In this document: one piece after another, positions 34,901 to 47,539 of the stretch
Layout: the number at the start of each line of letters is the position of its first letter
How positions within the stretch are numbered: position 1 is the first letter of the stretch
Program-made: the position numbers and the translations under genes
NCBI GenBank assembly: GCA_964035545.1
Contig: OZ037771.1
Coordinates: 941,628 to 1,005,627, forward strand
Origin: Bugula neritina
Taxonomy: Eukaryota; Animalia; Bryozoa
Direction of reading: 5' to 3'
DNA length: 64,000 nt
Notes under the pieces: model-generated
Seen by the model: the letters and a program-made list of their open reading frames with translations, nothing else
What the model was told of the DNA's origin: nothing
Database searches by the model: none

Positions 34901-36848
34901 ATGTTTTAAATTTCACTAATTCAGATGAGAAAGAAACAACGAATCAACTGGCAAAAAATACTCATTGAAACTCAACTTTGGGACCACCCATGTGCGTATG
35001 TTTCTATTTACAGTACTTTGGTATTACCACCTACAAGGGCAAACAGCATATAACCTTACCTGCCAGAATATGAAGTGTTTACAGACCAAACTGCGTATGT
35101 GGGGGTCCTTCCAAATGTCCCTATTGAGCACCTGACAGGAGAACTCCGCCGTGTTCTGTATGTTCACCAGTATCCACTTGTTGTCAAGTTTAGCCTTAGC
35201 CTGCACCTGCAACGCACACAGAGAGAGGTCCAGGTTGGAGAGTAAACCACTTCACTACAAACTTACAGACTCGAAAGAACCGTGGTGTATAATACAGACT
35301 ACACACTTACAGACTCGAAAGAACCATGGTGTATAATACAGACTACACACTTACAGACTCGAAAGAACCGTGATGTATAATACAGACTACACACTTACAG
35401 ACTCGAAAGAACCGTGGTGTATAATACAGACTACACTTACAGACTCGAAAGAACCGTGATGTATAATATCTAAAGGAGGTCTGAACAGATCTTCTAATTT
35501 AGAAAGACGCTGAGAACTGATTGAAGATTCTTCTCCATTCTTTAACCTCCTCTCCTGCTCCCCTGAAATGACACAAACATGACTCATCACGCCTACTGAG
35601 AAGTCCATAAGACACGCCTACTGAGAAGTCCATAAGACACGCCTATTGACTAGAACTAAACAGAGTCTTACTGGCTTCAGCTTGAAAGTCTCGGAACTTG
35701 TCGAACACCGAGTCCCGATGTGTACGCCGTCTCTTCCGCTCATTGGCCAACAGGTAATGATCATGTTCGACAAGTATTTCACGCTTTTGTGGGATTGGGG
35801 CCCTAACCTCTTCGCAGCTTCCAGATCTGCTCCTGTTGGTATAAAAAAATTCATATTGCAGAAAAATTTGTAAGAATATATGAGTTTTACTGATACCATA
35901 AAGATAGACTTATGTAAAGTTAAAGTAAAGTAAAATATTAATAAATTTGCAAATAAGATATATGCTAACGGTAAAGCTTCAGCCACAGCACCATTGCTGT
36001 CCATATGCATAGAAACAGCTAAATCTAAGTTCCCGCCACATGCTTCCAAGTAATTCTTAGCAACCTCAGCATCTGTCACTCCTACAATTGAAATAAATTG
36101 ACACACTAGAGACACAGACAGTGTATGAAGTTATTCTAGAAAATTGATGCATAATAGATAAACTATTCATCATTAACATGCCGAATGGTTAAAAGACGAG
36201 TCAAACATTAATTCTGAATCTCACTTATTTTATTTATTTTATAATCATAATGAAAATCAGTACTACCTTGAAGTTGATGAGTTCAATTCAAAATAACAAA
36301 TTAAAATGGCGCTTATAAAATTAAATGCATGGCCATATTCACATTGGTATGATGAGACCCCATAGCCATAGGCTGCTAATAGTAGTACTAATAGTAGCAC
36401 TATTAACTCTAAGTTGAAACTGTACTTGTAGAAATAGATAGTAGATATAATCATAATAATGCAATCACAATGACATAGTATATCATATACTTATACTTAT
36501 AGTACTACTTACAGTTACGGTTATATTCATATTGACTACGTTTACTTACCGATTTAGTTTTGCAAGTATAAGTATTAATATATTAACTATTGTCTAGTAG
36601 TATTAGTATTATTCTATTACTATTACTATTAGTATTAGTATTAGTGACACTGAGTCAGTGTCTGACTACGAGTAAGTTTAAATTTATTCGAACTTGATTA
36701 GTAATTAGTATTATAATTAAAAAGTTTATTTTAAAACCAGCAAAGGATTTTAACATAGTAACAATAATAGAGCATAAAGTTTCGTTATAGAAATATCAAC
36801 ATTACCTGTCACTGTCAAAAAGCTAGTGATTAAATCTTCCTCCTCCAT
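31996..36848 (-). CDS. UBXN7: UBX domain-containing protein 7 (UBA-UAS-UIM-UBX)
   Basis: Exons include 36806-36848, 35970-36081, 35672-35832, 35441-35562, 35060-35200, 34609-34749, 32660-32739, 31996-32154; motifs YLEACGGNLDLAV, EEVRAPIPQK, FRDFQAE, LEDLFRPPLDI, KWILVNIQ..EFSCQVLNRDIW, SNFPRRK..YIQER*. Confidence 0.93.
32215..32533. repeat. 16-bp minisatellite (actataaagtactcat)
   Basis: About 19 copies. Confidence 0.9.
33143..33602. repeat. Compound minisatellite (tatagctag / cagtctactgttgg)
   Basis: Direct observation. Confidence 0.85.
33933..34370. repeat. UBXN7 intron entirely filled by two repeats: 24-bp acceptor-duplicating unit and 15-bp unit (acactgtaatatac)
   Basis: atctgcagcagatactaaactgtt x4, then ~23 copies of the 15-mer up to the donor. 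Confidence 0.9.
35260..35468 (-). repeat. 42-44-bp repeat duplicating the UBXN7 exon 4 end and donor
   Basis: 5 copies of cacggttctttcgagtct|gtaagt. Confidence 0.9.
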
Positions 36849-37520
36849 TATGAACTTTCTTATTGATGTTCACGAGTTCACAAAAATTACGCACAAAATG
36901 TCAATTTACGCCTTTTGTATCAAAGCACAAGATTACTGATATGCGGGGATCTATTGACCCCCCCCCCCAAACTAAAGCAATTTATGTTTTCATTAGCAAG
37001 GTTATTTACTACTATTGGGTGGCCACAACTCCAATACATAAAGAGTATGTTCAAGTTTTTGTTATTAATAAAATTCTTCGAACAATTGAGTATTAGAGGT
37101 GCTGCACATACTTTATTCAGAAAAAATATTTCAAGTGCTAAAAGATCAAATTGACAAGAAATAGTAGAATGCTACAATTACATATATATAATAATAATAT
37201 AGACCACATAGAATTTTATTACTTGGTGAATGATGTAATAATTGGTGATAGCAAAACCTGGGTTATACAGAAAATATTTCATGCATTGAGAAACATTCAA
37301 CGGAAAAATATTATGAAAGATTCAAAGACTGAGCATTAATTTGCTATGACAAACATCATGAACCAGTGTCGCACACACACTGCTTCAGCAAGGCCATGGT
37401 GCCCATAAAACACTACACCAGCACACTGCATGTATGTCCAATCAGTACACTGTATGTACGTTCAATCAGCACACTGCTTATTTGTCCAATCAGCACACTG
37501 CTTGCATGCTCTGAAACGTC

Positions 37521-39359
37521 TCATCTGATAGATTTAGAGAACACGGCAGCATAATTCATGAGAGTACTTTGAGTCCACGACCATGTCAAGGTCAATATAT
37601 TTAATGACATTCCGTGTAGCAGAGTGAGACGACATCCATCTGCAGAATATCAAATTAACAATGACTTCTACACACAAGCATACCAAGAATTACATAACAT
37701 TATATTCATATAATTTCATATATCAGATACATATGTGAATATCAAAGTCTAAATATGTTGCATTTATTTGAGAATTTAAAATAAACAGAAACAAGACAAC
37801 TTTTGGAATGTCTGAAGTTGCCCTTCATAGGGGATCAAATAAAACTCTTAGTTGAGGGAGGAAATAAGAGAGTGAGTGTTTCCTACAGCAAATCGAGTAT
37901 AGTAAAGTGTTATCTGCAGTTACTCACGTTGTTCACAGACGTGCTGTAAGTGCTGAGGCTGGACGTACTTGTTCCAGTCGTGAGTTCCTTTCTCTACTAT
38001 ACTTAGTATATTCTCAGCAGCTACTATGGTCAGCCAATAGGATAGCTGTGTTCTGTTGATAGTCGTTACTATGAGGCTACCTCCAGGCTACAACAGTTCC
38101 ATTTATTACCATTTATTACTGTTATGACAACAATAAGAACAACATCTTGAGCATCCTAAAGATAAACAAAAGAATAGCCATGCTTACACAGCTCATTCTG
38201 TAAGAAGTTTACAGATAGATTATAGTCCTTAGAACAAAACAGAGAAAAAGTTAAAACTTTATAACATATACGTTTTAACAAGGCTCATAACACAACCAAC
38301 CTTCAGTAGTCCAGCACAAGACTCGACGAAAGTGTCCAGTGACGCTACGTGCTCCACTACCTCCGACGCTACAACTGCATCAAAACTTTCCTCCCTTCCA
38401 ATAACAAAGTTTTCAATAGTATCACATTGATAGTCAAGGTTTCTGCAAAACAATACATCCTTTACACACTAAACCTTCCATTCAACAGTTGAGTTACACA
38501 ATATGTTGATATTTACCTGTTGAGTATGTCTTCATTAAGACTATCACGGTGCTGCAGTGCGGCCTCGATTCCATCCTTAGACGCATCTAGTCCGGTGACT
38601 TGAGCCCCCAGCCTCGCCATCGGCTAATAAAAAAAAGGCTACAATTTCAGGAACTTTAGTAACACACGGAATTCCTCAGCAGATGTGAGAATGAGTGAGA
38701 ATAGATAACTATATATAATATAAAACTAGTGAACCTCAGGCAGATGAACAAAGTAACTTAGTCTACAGGATATGTTGGTAGTCGTCTAACCTCGCTTAGA
38801 ACCCCTCCACCACAACCGACATCCAGTATTTTATTGCCAAACAGTGGAGTTGTCTCATCTTCAGACGAAAGAGGAAGTGACTGCTTTATTAGCGGTACTC
38901 GAAGTTTATTCATTGTATGCAAAGCAGCAAAACTGCTCTTTTCTTCCCACCTACATAAATTAAATCATTTCTCAATCTGCATTGTTACCGAAATGTAAAG
39001 TCAGTTCACAGATATCCACTGTTCACTATAATTTAAATATCCTTCCAGCAGCTTACTGAATAGAAAAAGAGAAAGTAGGTACAGGCAAACTTACCATGTA
39101 TTTGATAACTGGTTGAACCTGCCAACTTCTTCATTGTCTACAGTGCTGTGTCCTCGTGCTAGACCACCTAGCTGTTTCCAACCACACCCCTTTAGTTTTA
39201 CACTGCCTGGTACGCTGAAGAAAATGACTCCTGCATTAGTTCTAGCTAAACACAAAAATCGAAAAGAAAAAAGAAAGCTAATTGTGCACTAGAAGATAGA
39301 ATTTCTCACCTCGGATAATATAATGCAGAGCTTTGTTTCTGAAGAGCTCTCTTAAGCAT
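37521..39359 (-). CDS. COQ3: Ubiquinone biosynthesis O-methyltransferase, mitochondrial
   Basis: Exons approx. 39310-39359, 39095-39245, 38791-38951, 38517-38623, 38301-38442, 37927-38067, 37521-37639; motifs [86 protein letters not shown], MNY. Confidence 0.94.
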
Positions 39360-41374
39360 TTTTATTCTATCAATTTCATCCAAAATTTATTTCAGCATCT
39401 TCAAAACAACAAACAACCCTTGATAACTACACAGCATATTAACTTGCACCACAGCGTTATTTAACATATAAATTATTCTGTCTACAAACGCTGTTACAAT
39501 ATTTATACTTGAAGCTTAAATTTAGGTACTGCAATTTACTTACATATTAAGAATAAATATAAATAAATATAAATCATAATACTTTAATAAATACTTCTAA
39601 CCAATACATGTATAGTAAGTAGTATAAGTATTTTGGTACCAGTATACAGTACGAGTATTATACTAGTACATTAGCAGTGATGTTTACTTCAAGTGCAATG
39701 CTTGATCATCAAACACTACCTGAAAGGCTGACCTAGACATACTATGACATCTATATTATACACCCATGTAAACTCCATAATAGCACTATATACTTGCTGC
39801 TAATTAAAAATAAATTAACAATGACATGTAGTGATGATGCCAATGTTATACCAGAGCACAACTTTGAATAGTTTTGTCTAAAAGAACCAGGAACTGTCTG
39901 GTATACAAACAAGCCATAGCTTATATTTGCCTTCAAATTTAATTTATATTCTTATAGTTATACATATTGATATTTGTTCAGTTTAGAACAAATTTAATAA
40001 TAATTTAATAATTACAAAAATTCAATTATAAAAATAGTAACATGAGAAAACAAGACAATAAAAAAATCTTGATTAAATTTGTTTAGGCATCATATAATTA
40101 ATATAACAATAAATACTCAAATTTAAAACATGGCAGAAGTGAGAGTCAAAACCAAACTAAAAACTGATGACAATTAAGAATATGAAAAAAATATTGATAC
40201 TATTTCATTTAAAATAATCACCAATTACAATAAAATAATAATAATTTGTTATTTATGTGTGACTTGATTAATTATAAGATGATTCAATTTAAACTTTATA
40301 ATTATTGTAAAGAAATAACATGATATGATTATCATCATTATAGAGATTATGATATTAAATAAATCAAATAATCAACATATATATTATGATAATTATTTAT
40401 ATCCTGATTTAAATTATGATTAATTAATAATAATAATTTAAATTAATATAAATTTTAGGGTAATTTGAATTTCATCTATTACTAAATTTAATTTATAATT
40501 AATCAAGCCTGAAGGTAAGTAGTCGTAGTTGTAGACTCTTAGTCTTATCCTTAGGAAAAAACTCAAATTAAGTTTTGCTTTTACAGCATACTCTATAGCA
40601 GTTTTTTTGCTCTAAAAGCTAATGCTATGTAAAGATTGGGATGTTTTACAGTTGGAGTTTACTGCGAGTTTGTGTAGTTTGCACCAGTAGGAACTTATAT
40701 AATACGAGCTTCTATCCGCACGACTCTTCTGAGAAACATATATCTAATAATTTAAAGAGAACAACTCTGTTATTGTGAACCGAGTACATTTAGTGAGAAA
40801 ACAACTTCAAAAGTTTTGCAAACGTTTTAGAAGAATAATAATTATTGTTTATTTTGTTGCTGTAAATATATATTTCTACCATATATGATTTAGCTGTTAT
40901 AACCTACCATGTATAATCATTTCTATATATATATATTATAATCTAGCTGTTGTCTTATAACAACAAAATTGCATGTTTACAAGTATAAGGCAAGCAGACC
41001 TTCATCTAAATGTTTACAATAACAATGTTAGGTTTTCTTGTTATAGCGGTTTGCATAACCCAATTGTTCACAATTTGATGTGCTATAATTTAATAACTTC
41101 ATTTCCTAAAACTCATGGCTATAAAGTATACTATAAATTTACAATACTTTTAGCACCTCATCAGCGTTATAGATACATACTATCTTTCTCTACTGAAAAA
41201 TGATATAAATTATATATTCCGTATGGACTCTCATATTTTAAAAGTAATTACACACGCCTTTGTCTATAATGATAGAATAGCATATTGATCTGGGGCACTG
41301 CACTGTACTGCTATAGAATAATTTATACTCTGAAAGCTCAGTATATCTAATATTGATTGGTCTCCCGGGAGCCG

Positions 41375-41412
41375 TATAAAGGAAGGAGGCGGACATTGCT
41401 GCCGTGTTTAGT
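41375..41412 (+). promoter_or_regulatory. TATA box and initiator-like element of the secreted-protein gene
   Basis: TATAAA at 41375-41380 with TTAGT ~30 nt downstream; putative non-coding exon ending at a GTGAG donor ~41502. Confidence 0.55.
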
Positions 41413-42623
41413 AAACTGTTATCTGATGAGTAAACAGGCAGCGTATCTGTCAACAAGTCAAACGAACAACAACATTCACAGATAACAGATTACATCCAGA
41501 CGTGAGGTGTGTATACAATATACTGTACAGTGTACACTCTTAGAGCATTATTCAGTGTAAGTGTTTCAATTATATATTATGTTAAAAAAGAGAAATTTAA
41601 ATTTAATTTAGGTTCATCAAACTATTTTTATGTTTAAAAATTCAAATCTTGGCAGTATTTTCCTAGAAGATAAAGATATTTATATATGATGTATTTATCC
41701 TTTTGTTTTTGTATATTTACTTCTAAGTGTATTTATATAACATCAAATATTTGAAAAACGTAAAATTTCACCACCTGTTGAACGAAGCAACTGCATGGAA
41801 CCAATTTTGAGCTTGTTATCAAAATGAGCCTGCTGGGTAGATATCATATGTAAATTTGGCAACACAAACTCACAACACAATCATCTTCTAACAACTCTCT
41901 GCAGATGGTGGAGTATGTAAAACCTTGGTTGTTAAAAACGATCTAGTTTTTATAACAACTACAATTATTTTGATAGCTGCCACATAATATATTTTAGTTC
42001 ATTTATGTTGCACCATGAAGTAAATACCACATTACTATATTATAATGTAGTCATAAGTCATAATAATATGCAAAACTATATAATGTGTATGTTTATTAAT
42101 CAAAGGAAAAATGTCACTATATAAATATGAATAATAAAACAAAAAACATACTACGGAAAAGTATTAAGGAGAGAGTAAGAAATGTAGAAGGTCTAGTTAT
42201 TACTACAGGATGCCATAATCTAACAGCATATATTTCTGCATACACACAGTGTACCATAGCATCATTGAGCTATTATTACTTATATTGTTGTATTAATTAT
42301 TGTGAGTTATTATAATTATTACTATTGTTATATAGGAGTTAGAATATTTATTATTATGGTATACCATTTCACTAGCTTGCTTAGCAGTGTGGAGTGAGTA
42401 AACTATTTTGATAGCTTATAGTGGGTAGAGGCTCACTCCACAATATTAATATATAGCTATGAGAGCTGATGCCATAACCATTCAAACCCTCTTATGAATG
42501 TCATATTATTATATGTAGTTTGTCATATATATTATATTTCACTTGTTATACTACACATATTTATCATATGTATTATTTGTAAATCTTATGGCTGACCTTC
42601 TTTGGTGACAACTTATTGTTTAG

Positions 42624-45600
42624 ATGATGTTGAGGAAAAGCTGTCATGTGATCGTCTGGTGGCTGCTTGCTGACGTCTACCAGATGGTAATGTCAGCACC
42701 CTGGAGTGACAGCAAGTTTAGAGAACTCAATAGGTAAGTGCATGGATTAAAAGACAATATAAACATCGATGTTTATATTTACTTGATACTCTGTTAAATG
42801 TCATAGCAGCTGGAAACCTTCCCAGCTTTTGTCAGAGTCCTACACTTTCCATGCTCTACTATATAAGTAAATAAGTGAATGAGCTACTTGTCAATATATT
42901 CCTGGCTAATCGGACATCATAACCTTCTTGTGTCCTTGACTTGACTTTTTCAGAGCTAAGACTATATTTGCTATAACTTGATAAAAACCAAAGCATAGTA
43001 TAACTTGATATTTTGATAGCTTTGAGCAAGTAAGTTGCTGCTATGGGTAGCACTTACAATAGCTGTGGTTGCAAATAAAAACAATATTTACAAATAATAT
43101 TATTTAAGATATAAGCCATTGAGGAAAGAAATGGCGGACAGGGAATATCTCTCAAGATACGAGATGCCAGAGAAAGACAGCAGTGAATATTTCCCGCAGT
43201 ACAAGTCAAGACCAGTCAATCCTGCTTACAGTTTCTATGCACCTGCTGAGAGAATGAGTTGGTACGGCAAACAGGCAGACCCGGTGAGTCATGCATCCTG
43301 TGACTGCTGTGTGTGTGGAAGTGTCTTGTGAGTTGTGTGTTTGTGGGTGCCGGTATGTGTGCTTGTACGTGTGTGTGTTTCAAATTAACACGTGTGTGGA
43401 AAGATGTTTAAGGTAATCAATGCCGTAAGCTGTGTTGAAAAATGTGTGTAAGAGAAACGCAGCTGCTCTGATATTTTCTAAGCGTCCAAAGCCATTACTT
43501 AATTAATTGCATGTCAACGTGTATAACCAGTACAGGTAAAATATTCTTAAACATTAGCTTGACTTGAAGCAAATGAAAATGCTGACTTGAAAACATTCAC
43601 CATAATTAAAATCAATAAACTCATCAGTTTAGTTGATAAGTGGAAATTGAGTTTTGTTTTGAAGGCCAAACTGCCAAACTACTTGTGTTTAAGAAAGTAT
43701 GCCAGGGTCATTTTGGAAGATATAAAAGATTACCTAACATGTCATAATATTATTGAAAAGCTTCATTGATTTTGTAAACTGTGAGCTCTAAAGTAGAAGG
43801 AAAGAGAAGCTAGCCTATTGGGGACTGCCACGTAACTATTGCAACTGTATTATTGCTATACAAACCAGGACATCTCCTCACTAACTTTTAGAGCCTGAAC
43901 TAAACACCATAATGCAAATAATCTGGTTAGAATACCATCTCAACAGCTAAAATCATATAAAATAATATATATATATTATTTCATTTTAGAAGAGATATAA
44001 TAAATGCAAAGTTATTTTTAGAGTTTGTTATATTACTTCAACATAGTTATTAAAATTATACGACTATATTATTATAAATAAATGATACATTATAATTATA
44101 TGATTATCTTATCTATCATAAATAAAAAATTTAGTTATGTATATCGCTGATGGATCATTTAACATAAACTAAAAACTGAATATAAACACGAGCCAGGAGA
44201 AACTGTTTCACAAGCATGTCTGGTGCATGTGATATTTGTGTACAGTGGTATGACACCCCCTATGTTTACAAGCATGTCTGTCACATGTGATATTTGTGTA
44301 CAGTGGTATGACACCCCCTATGTTTACAAGCATGTCTGTCACATGTGATATTTGTGTACAGTGGTATGACACCCCCTATGCAAGAATAGCAAACCAGAAT
44401 GAGCCTGACCAAGTGAGCAGACAGAGAGACGATGTGGCAATATTCAAGGAAGCGGATTACTACCCTGACCCTGAGGTAACGATACCCAAAAGTAGCCATA
44501 TTGTCACATGTGACCCAAAAGTAGCCATATTGTTGAATGTGACCTTGAGGTAGCCACAATATCATATGTGACCCCGAGGTAGCCATATTGTCATATGTGA
44601 CCCCGAGGTAGCCATATTGTCATATGTGACCTTGAGGTAGCCATATTGTAATACGTCACGAATTTGGTCACGCCTCAGTTAGGTTTGATACCAAACAGAT
44701 AATGTAGCCTCAGATGGAAACAAGTTTAATAATGTATGATAATACAATGTTGACAAAAATTTTTTATTTCCCTCAATTACACAAATGCTTGCAGAAAGGG
44801 GACAAGCCCGAGGGCTGGGCTAGTGAGAGAGTGGAAGGTGATAGACTGAGATCCATACTAGAAGATGTACCAGAGGAGCACTCAACCGACCCCTACAGCT
44901 ACCCTACCTATACTCCGCAGGACGGACTTGACATCCTTCAAAAGATCGGAGTAAGAGTTATAACATTGTCAGTTTGAGTCAGATTGCTAATGCTGTATAG
45001 TGTATAGTGTAGTGCTGAGATAGTATTTAGTATTGCTAATTGGTATCAATATTTGTTGGTATTGGTTTCAGAAAACCTAAGTGCAAAATGTACGGTTTAG
45101 AAATGAAAATTGAAAATAAAATTAAAAGAACATATTGATACTGAATTGAGAGTTATTTGCATACCGTATGGTAAAAGTATAACATAAATAGCACTATAAT
45201 AATTAAAATAGTTTCAAAAGAACAGATTTTCCATAAACAATAAAGGTTATTTTTAATTTGATGAGATATTATGTTAACTGTAACACCTTCACACCAATTG
45301 TAATTGCAATAAAAGTCAAATACTTTTCAACATGAAAATTAAATTAAAAACAATCCAATAGTCCTACACACCTCTGGAGGTTACTTTTCAACCCATCTGC
45401 CTGATTTACAGTTCTGGCTAATTAATATGATTACCAAACATTAGTATGTGTGTAGCCATATATGAGTAAGACTATAAGCATAAATGTGTGCATAATCAAT
45501 AGATGGTAAATGTTTCCCACAAGTTGGCACTAAATTAATATTAATAGCATTTAATAGAATCAAGTGTCAGGGGAAATGTGTGTAGAGAGTGTGATATTTG

Positions 45601-46906
45601 CTGTTAACTTGTTAACCTATACTAGTGACAATGACCACAATTTCTATCAAAATATAGTATATTACAGTTGAAGTGTGAGCATAATATATGAAAAGTTTGA
45701 ATCAAATGGCATTTGTTCTTTTAAAGTGAGAGAACTAGCAGATTTTTTCCAGCACTTTTCTAACTGTTTCAACTCCTTTCATCCAGATAGTCAACAGTAT
45801 AATAAACAGTACAGTAAACAGTACAGTAAACAGTACAGTAAACAATACAGTAAACAGTATAGTAAACAGTACAGTAAACAGTATAGTAAACAGCATAGTA
45901 AACAATATGGTGCTAATATGTGTAGATGCGACTGACAGACCTGACAACTGAGAGAGAAAATGGAGAGAATGATGAGAAGGTTCTAGAAAATGAAGTCATT
46001 GAAGAAAGTGCAACAACTGAGCTGATGTCAGACAATGAGGCTAGGTCTCTACTTAGACAGCTTGAGGTGAGAAAACGCTGCCAATACATGTTGCTGCCGC
46101 TATGTAGCAGCGTCTTCAATTCCTCAAACTTCCTCACAAAGAGACAGTGATGTCATGGAAATCATTGGTTTTAGTAATAACAATCTTGGATTTCATTTTC
46201 TCTTCAATGTTTACAATTTCAATACTAGATAATGATGAGGCAGCTTTAGACTCTGTCTGTATCTTTAGGAAGCCGAAAGCATTAGAGAGGGAAACAGAGA
46301 AGGTAACTCCGAAGGTGAACATAACAAAGAGAGACTGGACATGAGCCAGCTGGCGGCCATGTTTGATGATACCGAGCAGAATGAGGATGAGGAGACACCT
46401 AAGGACAAGAAAAAGGCGGAGAGGTTATTAGTCTGTTATACTATATTTAGGACACCATAAAAGGACATCAGAATAAAAAGCTTAGAAATTGTCTACTCAT
46501 GTAGTGCTAGCCACTCCAACGTGCTAGGTGCACTCGTGCTGCTAATAGACCTAAACTAGTTATTATTTACAAACAAATCAATCCCTGTGTCGCTATAAGA
46601 GAGTCAGAGTTGTGACGCAGGCAGACGAGTAATAGAGTGAAAATGTAACAAACTGTTTACTTGCATGCTTTCAGGGTCGGTTCTAAGGATGTCCCGACAA
46701 GAGATGAGATGAAGGACGACCTGCTAGACCTGATGTACAGCCAGAACCTGCTTCTCATGCAGGCCATACAGCGCATACCCTACGGCCAGTTGAAGTCGAC
46801 TGAAGCTATCCAGCAGATCCAGGACCTTATCAACGAGGCCACCATGATTCAGACGGGCATTGACTCCATCTTATCTCAGCTGAAGGAGTTGGGCGTAACA
46901 GAGTAG
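42624..46906 (+). CDS. Orphan acidic secreted protein (~360 aa), granin- or prohormone-like character
   Basis: Exons 42624-42733, 43109-43283, 44362-44475, 44795-44950, 45926-46066, 46269-46423, 46675-46906 join in one frame; N-terminal hydrophobic segment ending VMS-AP; E/D-rich, Tyr-rich middle; helical C-terminus; AATAAA at ~46972. Confidence 0.75.
44208..44380 (+). repeat. 58-bp repeat x3 duplicating an acceptor plus exon start
   Basis: catgtgatatttgtgtacag|tggtatgacaccccctatg x3. Confidence 0.9.
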
Positions 46907-47539
46907 GCGTGACCACTCAGAGTAACTTCCTGTCCACTTATTGCAATAGTTTATGCAGAGTAAAAATAGTGAATAAACCTTATATGTTGTCATGTGTGTC
47001 TAGCCCCGATGATGTCGTATGAGTGTATGAGTCAGCGTATGAGTGCAACAGTCAGCATTGTGCTTCAGACTGACAGATAAATATATTTCTGGTATGTTAT
47101 TATATGAGATATAGTCTTAAATAAAACTATACACTTCACAGTGATCTCTCATCTTGTTGTCACTAAATTACTAGTGTGTAGAATGCAGAGATCAACACAC
47201 ACCCGTCCTGATGCATCACTAGGAAGATAGAATGGCTCTTTCCAGAGACATTCTACATTATGAATCCTGCATACGCTCGGTGTATATAGGTTGGTGTAGG
47301 CTAAACCTTTAGCACTGTCTCAGTAGTATTTATATATAAATGTATTGAGTAACCTTACAGTATTCTGTTAATACAAGAAAGTGTAAAGTGCATTTGATAT
47401 GAAACAACATAAAAATTGATTTATATAAACTACTAACAGTTGGCTTATTGTATGTTGAAATGTAACAGAAAAATATAAGTAAAATAAGTCATCTCCCCTT
47501 GCACATGTCGCTGCTAATACTACTGAATGTTAACTTAGC

